64,000 nt of DNA from assembly GCA_041659365.1 (NCBI GenBank), contig JBAZYH010000004.1:164-64163 (forward strand). The letters are read 5' to 3'. A program made the translations under genes and the position numbers. This document shows positions 19,073 to 28,598 of the stretch, piece after piece (position 1 is the stretch's first letter; each line of letters begins with the position of its first letter). Below the pieces are notes generated by a model. It made no database searches. It saw only the letters and a program-made list of their open reading frames with translations, and was not told the DNA's origin. This DNA comes from Minisyncoccota bacterium (GTDB taxonomy: Bacteria; Patescibacteriota; Minisyncoccia; Phycocordibacterales; GWA1-40-21).

Positions 19073-20756
19073 TTTTGGAGTTGCTAGAGTTAGTTCTGAT
19101 AAACAAGCCCAAGAAGGTGAAAGTTTTGACGACCAAAGAGATGCGATTTCTCGCTTTGCTGAAAAGAAAGGTTGGGATAATGTTTGCACTTTTCAGTTTT
19201 CTCTTTCAGGTAGAACTGAGGTTGCCGAGCTTATTAAAAGAATAGTTGATTTTTTAGAGAAAACTCCACATAAAATAAAATACTGTATATTTAAAAAAAT
19301 TGACCGCATAACTAGAGCTGGAACTGATGGGTATTCTGAGATAAAAATAGCTCTCGAAAAATATGGTGTAGAAATAATTGATACTTACGAAATAATTCAA
19401 CCAGAAAGAAACACTCTGGAACATTTAGGTTTTGATTATGATTGGAGTCATTATTCTCCTACAGGGACAGCAATTTTAATGGAAGTTAATAGAGCCAAGG
19501 ATGAAACGCGGGATATTTTAACTAGGATGATTGGACAGGAAATAAGTCTTGTTCAACAAGGATATCGAGTCCGACAAGCTCCTGACGGTTTTAAAAATGA
19601 AACGATATATGTTAATGGTAAGAAAAAATGCATAATCGTTCCTAACTCACCAAGATGTGATTATTATCTAAAAATATTTGAATTGAGGGTTCAAGGAAAT
19701 CTCACTGATGAGGAAATTGTAAAACATATAAACGCTATCGGTTTTAAATCAAGACAAAAAATTATTTGGAATATTCACAGAAACCCTATCGGAAAAACTG
19801 AAGGGACGGCTTTAACAGTTAAGCAATTACAAAGAATTGTTCAACGTCCCGTTTATGCTGGTTTTAATTATGAAAAATGGACGCATTATAAGCTTATCAA
19901 GGGTCAATACGATGGAATTGTGTCAATTGATACTTTTAATAGAGCAAATCGTGGAAAAGTTTTTATTAAGGAAAATAATGATAAAAGTTATGAATTAATT
20001 CATAATTACTCAGCAATAAGACAATCTTCAAGAAACAAAAATAATCCATTATTTCCTTTTAAATGGGTATGCTGTGATAAATGTAAAAAACCATTTTTAG
20101 CAAGCTCTCCAAAAGGTAAATCTGGGGAGGGGTTTCCTGTATATCATTGTGGTGTAAAAAATAATTTATCTAGAAATCACAAATATTATGGTATACCAAA
20201 AGATGTTTTAGATTCAAATGTTGAAATCTTACTTAAATCTTTAGAGTTTAATGATGAATATCTAGATGTATTTGAAAAAGTTCTTATAAATAAATATAGA
20301 GAACGAGAAAAAGAAGTGGTTCAAGACTCATCAAATATAAATAGAAATATTTCTAATCTACAAAGTGAACAAGTAAATTTAATAAATCAATTAATTAATA
20401 TTGAGAGCAAGATTGCTCGTAAAAATATTGAAGAAAGGATTGAGAGACTAGAAATTGATATTAATAAAGCTCGTTCGCAGAGAGATGAAATGGAAATAAA
20501 AGAGCACGATATTAAATCTTATATTAGAAGTGCAAAATATTTAATGGAACACCCAAGAGAATTGCTTATAGAACCTGATGATTTTAATATTCAGAAAGCT
20601 TTAATGAACTTAGTTTTTGATACTATGCCGACCTACTCTGAAATAATCAATGGAACACCCAAATTAGCTTTAATTTTCAAGCTATCAGAACAATTTAAAA
20701 TAAACAAAAACCTATTGGTGACCTTACGGGGAATCGAACCCCGATTACAGCCTTGA
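19035..20756 (+). CDS. Large serine recombinase (resolvase, recombinase and zinc-ribbon domains)
   Basis: ARVSSDKQ catalytic Ser, IDRITR, CDKC..YHC; last codons lie within the antisense tRNA-Glu. Confidence 0.92.
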   Translation: MKEKQFQQQKICSFGVARVSSDKQAQEGESFDDQRDAISRFAEKKGWDNVCTFQFSLSGRTEVAELIKRIVDFLEKTPHKIKYCIFKKIDRITRAGTDGYSEIKIALEKYGVEIIDTYEIIQPERNTLEHLGFDYDWSHYSPTGTAILMEVNRAKDETRDILTRMIGQEISLVQQGYRVRQAPDGFKNETIYVNGKKKCIIVPNSPRCDYYLKIFELRVQGNLTDEEIVKHINAIGFKSRQKIIWNIHRNPIGKTEGTALTVKQLQRIVQRPVYAGFNYEKWTHYKLIKGQYDGIVSIDTFNRANRGKVFIKENNDKSYELIHNYSAIRQSSRNKNNPLFPFKWVCCDKCKKPFLASSPKGKSGEGFPVYHCGVKNNLSRNHKYYGIPKDVLDSNVEILLKSLEFNDEYLDVFEKVLINKYREREKEVVQDSSNINRNISNLQSEQVNLINQLINIESKIARKNIEERIERLEIDINKARSQRDEMEIKEHDIKSYIRSAKYLMEHPRELLIEPDDFNIQKALMNLVFDTMPTYSEIINGTPKLALIFKLSEQFKINKNLLVTLRGIEPRLQP

Positions 20757-20790
20757 AAAGGCCGTGTCCTAACCGTTAGACGATAAGGCC
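20716..20790 (-). tRNA. tRNA-Glu(TTC)
   Basis: Reverse complement GGCCTTATCGTCTAACGG...CGGCC-TTTTCAA-GGCTG...GGTTCGATTCCCCGTAAGGTCACCA. Confidence 0.95.
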
Positions 20791-20948
20791 AAACTATTTA
20801 AATACCAAACAAATCAAACCCCGAATTTACCTTCTTACAGAAGCAGTATACCTGTTCTGTTTTTTATTTCACTATCGTTCATATAAAACTATCACAGGTT
20901 TTGAATTGCTCCATGTATTCGCAATTCAACCTCTCAAAGGCCCGTCTT

Positions 20949-20970
20949 CTAACCGTTAGACGATAAGGCC
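20949..20970 (-). repeat. 22-nt duplicate of the tRNA-Glu 5' end
   Basis: CTAACCGTTAGACGATAAGGCC is identical to 20769-20790. Confidence 0.85.
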
Positions 20971-21096
20971 AATAATCTTTATTTTAGTATACGGTGTATT
21001 GTATAAAGTATAAAAAAATAAATTTCAAATACCGAAAAAATATAACATTTTTTTGTAAAAAAAGCAAAATAATGATAACCTTTATTAGTCAAATTT

Positions 21097-21183
21097 GGAG
21101 AGGTGGCTGAGTGGTTGAAGGCACCGCATTCGAAACGCGGCAAGCTCGAAAGGGTTTCGGGAGTTCGAATCTCCCTCTCTCCG
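21097..21183 (+). tRNA. tRNA-Ser(CGA)
   Basis: GGAGAGG acceptor, TTCGAAA anticodon loop, long variable arm, GTTCGAATC. Confidence 0.93.
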
Positions 21184-21199
21184 CAGAGTCGTGATAGCA

Positions 21200-21253
21200 C
21201 GAGATACATACTAAGAAACATCCTGGCTAGGATGTTTCTTAGTATGTATCTCG
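21200..21253. terminator. Perfect 25-bp inverted repeat between tRNA-Ser and the convergent ABC operon
   Basis: CGAGATACATACTAAGAAACATCCT-GGCT-AGGATGTTTCTTAGTATGTATCTCG. Confidence 0.55.
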
Positions 21254-21271
21254 CGTACAATAAATATTTAT

Positions 21272-21934
21272 CTATTCCTCATCCTTAATCAATCCATCCT
21301 TAAGCCAGATAACCCGATCTACATATTTTTTATCTTCTGGTTCGTGTGTCACAACAAGAATCGTTTGTTTTAATTCTTTATTAAGTTTTTGAAAAAGTTT
21401 GAAAACAACTTCCGAAGAAACAGTATCAAGATTGGCAGTAGGTTCATCAGCAAAAAGAACTTTAGGATTATTAATTAAAGATCGTGCAATAGCTACTCTT
21501 TGTTGTTCTCCTCCAGACATCTCATTTGGGTAATGATTCATTCTATCTTTCAATCCAACTAAATCCAAAAGATGTTCTGCTCTTTCTTTTGCACTATCAT
21601 CACCAAAAGCCATAGCTGGGAAAGAAACATTCTCAAGTGCTGTAAATTCAGCAATTAAAGCATATTCTTGAAAGACATAACCTAAATACTGAAGTCTAAA
21701 TCTTGTTCTTTCTGAATCTGATAAAGTTAAAACATTAAATTTATTAATTACAACACTACCACTTGTTGGCATATCAAGTAACCCTAATTGATGTAACAAT
21801 GTTGATTTTCCAGATCCACTTCTGCCCATGAGTGCCACAAATTCTCCTTCAGCGATTTCAAGGGACACACCCTTTAATGCTAATGTTGGAACTTCTCCTG
21901 GATATGTTTTTATAAGATTTTCTACTTTAATCAT
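21272..21934 (-). CDS. ABC transporter ATP-binding protein (MacB/LolD-like)
   Basis: GRSGSGKST, MSGGEQQRV, ADEPT. Confidence 0.95.
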   Translation of the reverse strand: MIKVENLIKTYPGEVPTLALKGVSLEIAEGEFVALMGRSGSGKSTLLHQLGLLDMPTSGSVVINKFNVLTLSDSERTRFRLQYLGYVFQEYALIAEFTALENVSFPAMAFGDDSAKERAEHLLDLVGLKDRMNHYPNEMSGGEQQRVAIARSLINNPKVLFADEPTANLDTVSSEVVFKLFQKLNKELKQTILVVTHEPEDKKYVDRVIWLKDGLIKDEE

Positions 21935-21944
21935 AATATTTTAA

Positions 21945-23177
21945 TTAGCCCCAGATTGATTTAAGAATATCTTCTCTTGCTACTATTTTAGCAGGAATAT
22001 ATCCAGCTAAAATTCCAGCAATGATAAGACTACTAATGTTTATAATAATTCCAAAAGATGTATAAACTAAAACTGCATCTCCAAATGGCATAGTAATAGG
22101 TTTAACTGCCATTATAGGAATGACTACAAAATATATAATTATTAACCCTCCAATGATTCCTAGTGCAGAATAAAATATTGATTGAATAATATATGATACT
22201 TCAATAATACTTTCTTTTATTCCAATAGCTTTTAAAATACCAATCTGTCTACGCTTGCTAACCGCATTAACGTAGATCATAACAAAGATAGTTATAGCTG
22301 AAACAATAATACTAATAACACTTACTATAACAGCGATAAGATTAAAAGCTGTAACAAGTATGCCAACAGTTGATAATCTAGATGTGTATTTTTCAAGCTT
22401 AAGATTAGGAATCATCTGGCTAATTTTATTGGTATATTCATCAAGTGTATTTTTCTCTAGATCAACTTTCACCATAATTTCTGAAGCACTATTGTAAGTA
22501 GATAGTAAACTTTCTGCTTCAGAGGTTGAAATAAAAGCAGCACTAGCAACAGATCCAACCATAGAAAGTTTGAATATGCCTACTATTGTATAAGTTCTAG
22601 TAATTCCATTTGAATAATTTATTTGTATTTTACTTCCAACAGTTGCACCTCCTAGGTCTTTGGTTTGTTTTGTGCCAAAACCACCCGATAGATTTGCCCC
22701 TAAAACTATTTCATCATCTTTTAAATTATCTGGAAATTTTCCAGATACCATATATTTATTTATAGTTAAAATATTTTTTTCCTCAGATTGAGTTACTCCA
22801 ATTATTTGGGCAGAAGTATATTTAAAATTACCATCTCTTTCTTTATCGTAGGATAAAGTACCCCCAAGTTGATAGTGTCTTGCAGTTCCAACAACCCCAG
22901 GAATTGTTTCAATTTCCGCACGTACTCTATCTTGATCGAAAACAAAAGGTTTAATGGTTGGTTCTTCTTGTGGCATAACAATAATATGTGCTGTTGAATT
23001 ATCTATCATTGATTTCATTACTCCATCAGAAAAACCATAAAGAAAACCCGAAACAAACATAAGGTTAAAAAAGGAAAGCGATAAAATAAAGATAATAAGA
23101 GCAATTGTAGATTTATGACCCTTTGTTATAGTTTTATATGCAATAAAGAATGCTGTTTTTAAATCAGTACTATTCAT
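21945..23177 (-). CDS. ABC transporter permease (FtsX/MacB-like)
   Basis: TM + periplasmic domain + 3 TM; RRQIGILKAIG. Confidence 0.92.
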   Translation of the reverse strand: MNSTDLKTAFFIAYKTITKGHKSTIALIIFILSLSFFNLMFVSGFLYGFSDGVMKSMIDNSTAHIIVMPQEEPTIKPFVFDQDRVRAEIETIPGVVGTARHYQLGGTLSYDKERDGNFKYTSAQIIGVTQSEEKNILTINKYMVSGKFPDNLKDDEIVLGANLSGGFGTKQTKDLGGATVGSKIQINYSNGITRTYTIVGIFKLSMVGSVASAAFISTSEAESLLSTYNSASEIMVKVDLEKNTLDEYTNKISQMIPNLKLEKYTSRLSTVGILVTAFNLIAVIVSVISIIVSAITIFVMIYVNAVSKRRQIGILKAIGIKESIIEVSYIIQSIFYSALGIIGGLIIIYFVVIPIMAVKPITMPFGDAVLVYTSFGIIINISSLIIAGILAGYIPAKIVAREDILKSIWG

Positions 23178-23179
23178 AT

Positions 23180-24640
23180 CTATTTTTTACTTTGTGTAGA
23201 AACCATTACCTGTTCTCCCTCTTCGAGACCTGATATTATTTCTATCATACCTGCTGAATTTTTAATTCCAGTAGTCACATCTCTGTTGATTGTTTTTTTA
23301 TTTTCTAAAATCTGCACATATTTTTTATTATCTTTAATTCGTATTGCACTTACGGGAATAAATAGTGCATTCTCTTTAACATCTGTTCTAATTAAAACAT
23401 TAGCTGTCATTCCAGATTTAATATGTTCATCAACCTTATCAAATATAATTGTTGTCTCGTAATAGACCGCACCCTGAATTTCAGTCTCAGCTGGATCAAT
23501 AGAAACTATTTTCCCACTAAATTTCTGATTCTCAATTGCATCAAATGTAATCTCTGCTTCTTGTCCAACCTTAACATTGATAATTTTATCCTCTATAATA
23601 TTTAATTTAATTTGAAGAACATTTTCAGCAACAAATGATACAACTGGCTTATCTGGATTTATAATTTCTCCAATCTCGCCATTAATTTTAGTTATTAACC
23701 CAGATGATGGAGCTAAAATAATTAGTTCATTTCTTTGTGATTGAATTTTTTGAAGTAAGGCCTTAGCTTGATTAACTTGTGCTTGATATACAGCAATATC
23801 TAAAGATCTTGCAGGGGCTTTTTTTAATGCTAGTTCGGCAGTACGTTGATCTATTAAAGATTTTGCTTGTGAAAGAGCAGATTGATACGCATTATAATTA
23901 GCTAGATAATTAGAGGCTTTTTTATTTGGAATTTCAATAACCCAGTTGGTCGACAAAGTACTTGGATCTGATGGAAATTTAATATATAAGCCTGAATTAC
24001 CAAGTGGTTGCGGGGTAATAGTATTTGCTAACCCTGTTCCAGTGGTTAATCCTGACAAAGTATAGCTTGTTCCACCTGAGCTGTTGTATGTTTCTATTGT
24101 TATCTTACCCTCTTTACCAATATTGTATGTTCCGCTAATTGTCGGGGCAATATAATTATCTTCTTCTTCCTCAGGAACTGCTTCGGGGGTAGAATTTAAT
24201 AGATTTTGATAAGCATTATTAATCAGAGTTTCTTGTGTGTTTTTAGTCTGTTCAAGTGTAATTTGAGAAAGTGAGACTTCTTCATCAGAGGCTCCACCCA
24301 AAAGTTGATCTAGTTTTGCTTGTTGCAATTCAATACCTGCTTTCATCTCTGAAACTTGAGCGTCAAGCTCCGCAGTATCTTGTTTAGCAAGAATTTGACC
24401 AGCTAAAACCTTTTTTCCTGTTCCCGTATTAATTGATACCAATTTACCACTATTTTTAAAATGTAGATCTATTTTAGTGGGAAATTCAACTTTACCAGTC
24501 GCAGAAACATCTTGTACTAAAGTACCTCTTTTAACTGAAATTAATTCAGATGGAATATTATTATTCTTCCAAATAATAAAACCTATAATACTAATAATAA
24601 CTATAGCTCCTATGGTAATAAATAAAGTTTTTTTTCTCAT
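23180..24640 (-). CDS. Efflux periplasmic adaptor subunit (MacA/HlyD-like)
   Basis: N-terminal TM, coiled coil, IKSGMTANV and IISGLEEGEQV. Confidence 0.9.
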   Translation of the reverse strand: MRKKTLFITIGAIVIISIIGFIIWKNNNIPSELISVKRGTLVQDVSATGKVEFPTKIDLHFKNSGKLVSINTGTGKKVLAGQILAKQDTAELDAQVSEMKAGIELQQAKLDQLLGGASDEEVSLSQITLEQTKNTQETLINNAYQNLLNSTPEAVPEEEEDNYIAPTISGTYNIGKEGKITIETYNSSGGTSYTLSGLTTGTGLANTITPQPLGNSGLYIKFPSDPSTLSTNWVIEIPNKKASNYLANYNAYQSALSQAKSLIDQRTAELALKKAPARSLDIAVYQAQVNQAKALLQKIQSQRNELIILAPSSGLITKINGEIGEIINPDKPVVSFVAENVLQIKLNIIEDKIINVKVGQEAEITFDAIENQKFSGKIVSIDPAETEIQGAVYYETTIIFDKVDEHIKSGMTANVLIRTDVKENALFIPVSAIRIKDNKKYVQILENKKTINRDVTTGIKNSAGMIEIISGLEEGEQVMVSTQSKK

Positions 24641-24766
24641 AAAATAAAATAATTGGACTTTTTTTAATAATACTGATACATTAAGTTAATGATTACATCA
24701 TGTTTCTTTATTGTAAACTATCTTAATCATAAAGTAATTCTATTAATAATGCAACCATACTAAATT

Positions 24767-25279
24767 ATGTCTCCTCTAAAATTAGAAACACGTGAGCAAA
24801 TAGTCAATAATTTGATGGTCTCAATTCGTAAAGAGATTCGTGCAGCTACCCTTTTTGTACACACAATGTCTGAAATTACAGGAATGCACCCTACAGATAT
24901 AAAATGTCTAGATTTTTTGAGTGATGTTAAATTCGCAACAGCTGGAGAATTAGCCAAAATTACAGGACTTACAACTGGTGCAATTACAGCAGTCATAGAT
25001 AGATTGGAAAAAATAGGTTTTGTAAAACGCGAGGCAGATAGTAAAGATAGAAGAAAAATTATAGTTAGAATAGTAGCAGAACATCCAAATAACCTAGAAC
25101 TAGTAAGAAATATTTTTGCAGATAAATTACCTAATAATTTATCTGAATACAAAGATGAAGAACTTAATCTAATTACAAATTGGAACAAAAAACTATCTGA
25201 TATTTTCCACAGTGAAATAGAAAAAATAAAAACTTCAAAGAAGGAATTAAACCCTAAATTAAAATCTAACAGTTTTTAA
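24767..25279 (+). CDS. MarR family transcriptional regulator
   Basis: TAGELAKITGLTTGAITAVIDRLEKIG..DRR; divergent from the ABC operon. Confidence 0.93.
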   Translation: MSPLKLETREQIVNNLMVSIRKEIRAATLFVHTMSEITGMHPTDIKCLDFLSDVKFATAGELAKITGLTTGAITAVIDRLEKIGFVKREADSKDRRKIIVRIVAEHPNNLELVRNIFADKLPNNLSEYKDEELNLITNWNKKLSDIFHSEIEKIKTSKKELNPKLKSNSF

Positions 25280-26588
25280 AACTAATCTTCTTTTTACTCA
25301 AACAAATCCTGCTTTTCAAACACCCCAATAATTCTCTCTTTTCCAAATCACTCCCTTCCCTCAATACATATCTAGCATATCCTCGTATATCAACACTTGG
25401 TATACTAACTTTTTCTTTAGTTCCCAAAAAGAATTTTTGTAAGTTGGTAAATTTCTCAACATCCGTTTTAATTTTTTCTTTAATCTGAATCTCATTTATA
25501 TTAATCTTTTCAATTAATTCTTCGAACTGTTTGAGAATATCTTTTTCTTCTGTATAACCACATTTGCAGTCGGTGCCTCGTGCCTTGGTGCAACCATAAT
25601 AGACGTATCTTGTAATTGTTCCGTTCTTATATTTCTTAAATTTTTCATCAGCACATATACCCGATCCACAAAGTCCGCAGGTCATCATTTTGGTGAAAGC
25701 AAATTCTTTGTTTTCGATCCTTAAAACATTACTTTTTATTTGCTCTTGGACTAAATTAAATAACTCTTTCGTAATTAGCGGTTCATGCTTTCCTGTATAC
25801 CAATTACCAGATTTTTTGGGATATTCAAATACCCCATAATAGAATGGATTATCTAAAATTTTATAAAGATTACCTAAACTTAGATGTTTCTTACCAACTG
25901 CCGTTCTGAAGTTTAACTCAAACCTCAACCAGTTGTATATCTTCCTCCCACTCCAATGTTCATATGCTACTTTCTCAAACATTTTTTTGATAGTTGATGC
26001 TCTTTCTGGGTCAACCAACACTTCACATTTTTTATTTGTCATTTTTTGGTTTAAATAACCAGTAGGTGCTACCCCTGGCCTTAGTCCCATTTCACATCTA
26101 GTTCTCAATCCTCGTTTAACATTTACACTTTTATTATCATTTTCAAGTTTTGCTTGAGAACATAGAATCATTAATAGAAACTTTTCATTTGGTGAGTTCT
26201 TAAAGTGTTGTCCGTAAGTTCGTATCTCTAAAAGTAATTGTTGATCCATTAAATCAACCACACTCCCTAGGTCGCCTGCATTACGAGATAGACGATCTGG
26301 TGCCCAAGTTAATATCCCATTAAATCGTCCTCGTCGTATGTCTTCCAGTATTTCTTTGTATACTGGTCGTTGTCCTGATTCTTTAGCTGAATGAGATTCT
26401 TTTCTGATTTCAACTACTTCCAAGTCCTCACGTTCAGCAAGTTGTAACATTTCCTTAACCTGTGAATCAATTGAAAGAACCTGACGTTCTTCTGACTCAG
26501 TTGATTTTCTTGCATACAATACATATTTAATTTTCTCTACTTGGCTAATAATGGGATGGTTAAACTGTGCTGTTGTATATGTTTCCAT
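25266..26588 (-). CDS. Large serine recombinase
   Basis: YARKSTE, DRLSRN, CGLCG...YYGC zinc ribbon. Confidence 0.93.
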   Translation of the reverse strand: METYTTAQFNHPIISQVEKIKYVLYARKSTESEERQVLSIDSQVKEMLQLAEREDLEVVEIRKESHSAKESGQRPVYKEILEDIRRGRFNGILTWAPDRLSRNAGDLGSVVDLMDQQLLLEIRTYGQHFKNSPNEKFLLMILCSQAKLENDNKSVNVKRGLRTRCEMGLRPGVAPTGYLNQKMTNKKCEVLVDPERASTIKKMFEKVAYEHWSGRKIYNWLRFELNFRTAVGKKHLSLGNLYKILDNPFYYGVFEYPKKSGNWYTGKHEPLITKELFNLVQEQIKSNVLRIENKEFAFTKMMTCGLCGSGICADEKFKKYKNGTITRYVYYGCTKARGTDCKCGYTEEKDILKQFEELIEKININEIQIKEKIKTDVEKFTNLQKFFLGTKEKVSIPSVDIRGYARYVLREGSDLEKRELLGCLKSRICLSKKKISFKNC

Positions 26589-26680
26589 ATACCAATGGTG
26601 TCAGAGAAAGAGTCTTTTGCTAAGTCTATGCAGAACTATGAATACGTAGTATGGTCGCGAGTATCTTTTTAATGATTTTA

Positions 26681-28189
26681 TTAACCCACATCTACATAAT
26701 CGCCGTAAAAAACGATATCATCGTCAGATACTCCACGTCTGTTCATATCAAACCAAGCCATAAGAATTGTTCCTTCGTTTGAATGTTTATCAAGAGTAGA
26801 ATTAATAAGTAGTGAAAATGCGTCAGCTATGTCGTCATGTTTCTCCACTCCAAATTCAACTAGTTGTTCGATAAGTTCCTCACATCCTTGTCTTGGAAAT
26901 TTAATAACTCCAGACTTTATTGACGTTGATGTTAAAGATAATCTAGTTCTTTTATCTCCCTTTGGTTTAACTGATTCAGCTTTGATCCCATGCAACTCAA
27001 GCATTTGAGGTAGTGCTTCTTGGTAAGCAACACTTTCAACAAACAATGTATCTTGAGACCTAGGCATTTGAGTATTCTTAAAGTTTTTCATTAGCTCAAC
27101 TTGATCGGGGAAATTTATTTTCTTAACAATTGGATTAGGAAGAATATAAATTTTCATTTTCTCCCTACGACCATACACATGAGCCGAGACAATTGCAGTG
27201 AAGTCGGCAGAATCTTTAGAAGATATAGCGAGGTCAACTCCTGCATAAGTGCCACGATATGCTTTATGTTTTGTCCCAGGTAATTCATCGTAGTATTGAA
27301 TCCACTCAGGATAAATAACTTGATCATCGCTTGGAATAATACGAAGTAGATATTCTCGTTGCCATGATATTTCACTAGCAACTTTCATTTTTTCATCTTC
27401 TATATCTTTTACATCTGGATACTTCCCAGGCCATAAACAAATATTGTCTTCATCGAGTAATGGGTATTGTTTAAAAATACCTTTTGATCTTTTATTTTCT
27501 ATATCTTCCCTTATTCTCATTAGTAATGAATCTTCGTGCAAAAGGTTACCAACAGCGATAAGTCTGGTTTTACGATCTCCTGCGGGGATTACTTCGCCAT
27601 ATAGCCATTGGTACGTCTTATCTCGTCCCTCACGAGTTTTGGTTGATTGTACGTCTTCTACGTCGTCACAGATTATCAGATCAGGTCTATGCTCATTGTG
27701 TCTAATTCCTCGTATACTCTGCTCTGTTGAGGCAACAGTAATACGAGCATTACTTTTATTAAATACCAAGGAATATGAACCCCATTCATCACTCTGTTCT
27801 TGGAATGGTCCCAAATCCCTTTTTAATAAATCATTACCCTCAAGTTCACTTCTAATATTCATCATATGTTGCTTTGCTTGTGTCCTTGTCTGACAGAAAA
27901 TTAAACAAAATTTCTTTTGTTGTTTTCCAAGTATTGCCCATATTGGGTAGGCAGTTGTAACCATTGTGGATTTACCAGATCCACGAAAAGCAACTACATA
28001 CAAATTCTCTGTGTCGCTACTTTCTAAATGGTGAATTATTTCTTTCTGAAAATCTGCTGTTTCGTATTTTACATAATGGGCATAATAGAAATGGAAAAAA
28101 TATAAGAAACTATCTCTTGTGATAGATGTTCTTACGAGCCTATCTTTCATCATCTTATTTACTAAACTATTTTCAATGATTTTAGTCAT
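26681..28189 (-). CDS. Phage terminase large subunit
   Basis: AFRGSGKST Walker A, LIICDDVE Walker B, GVDLA and HDDIADA nuclease motifs; start taken at ATG 28189. Confidence 0.85.
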   Translation of the reverse strand: MTKIIENSLVNKMMKDRLVRTSITRDSFLYFFHFYYAHYVKYETADFQKEIIHHLESSDTENLYVVAFRGSGKSTMVTTAYPIWAILGKQQKKFCLIFCQTRTQAKQHMMNIRSELEGNDLLKRDLGPFQEQSDEWGSYSLVFNKSNARITVASTEQSIRGIRHNEHRPDLIICDDVEDVQSTKTREGRDKTYQWLYGEVIPAGDRKTRLIAVGNLLHEDSLLMRIREDIENKRSKGIFKQYPLLDEDNICLWPGKYPDVKDIEDEKMKVASEISWQREYLLRIIPSDDQVIYPEWIQYYDELPGTKHKAYRGTYAGVDLAISSKDSADFTAIVSAHVYGRREKMKIYILPNPIVKKINFPDQVELMKNFKNTQMPRSQDTLFVESVAYQEALPQMLELHGIKAESVKPKGDKRTRLSLTSTSIKSGVIKFPRQGCEELIEQLVEFGVEKHDDIADAFSLLINSTLDKHSNEGTILMAWFDMNRRGVSDDDIVFYGDYVDVG

Positions 28190-28598
28190 GGTTTTTCTTT
28201 TCGTTAATATTTTTAATAGATTTCGACTTAGTAATTGAGGCAAGCTTGAGTGCCTGTTTTACTATTTTTGCTTGTGATGGAGTAAGTTCTTCCTTATCTT
28301 CTTTTGTAGTAATTTCTATCTTATCTCTGTAATTATCATTTCGGTGTTTCAACCAGAAAGAAATAGCCGACCAGTTCTTTTCTTTGATCATAGTAAGCAA
28401 TTGACTTTCGCTCATATCATTTACAAAAGCAACACCTTCAGACATAGCTTTATCCATTTTTGCAGAGAAAGATTTATCATCTTTTTTCCAACGATATACA
28501 CTATTTCTAGATACTCCTGTTTTTTCACATGCTACTTGCACGATAGGAACTTTCTTCAACTCTTCAAAGAATTGATCTTGTGATTTATTTTTCTTCAT
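28182..28598 (-). CDS. HTH protein, putative terminase small subunit
   Basis: IVQVACEKTGVSRNSVYRW; AISFWLKHR; overlaps the large subunit start. Confidence 0.7.
   Translation of the reverse strand: MKKNKSQDQFFEELKKVPIVQVACEKTGVSRNSVYRWKKDDKSFSAKMDKAMSEGVAFVNDMSESQLLTMIKEKNWSAISFWLKHRNDNYRDKIEITTKEDKEELTPSQAKIVKQALKLASITKSKSIKNINEKKNHD

Larger units (their letters stand above)
10995..20715. mobile_element. Integrative island 1 at the tRNA-Glu 3' end (large serine recombinase, defence cargo)
   Basis: Recombinase runs into the tRNA; direct repeats GTGACCTT (10987/20718) and TTGGTGACC (11621/20715); displaced tRNA tail at 10751-10994. Confidence 0.8.

Noticed and set aside
20979-21288. ORFs 20979-21260 and 21103-21288
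   Set aside because: Overlap tRNA-Ser and a perfect inverted repeat; spurious
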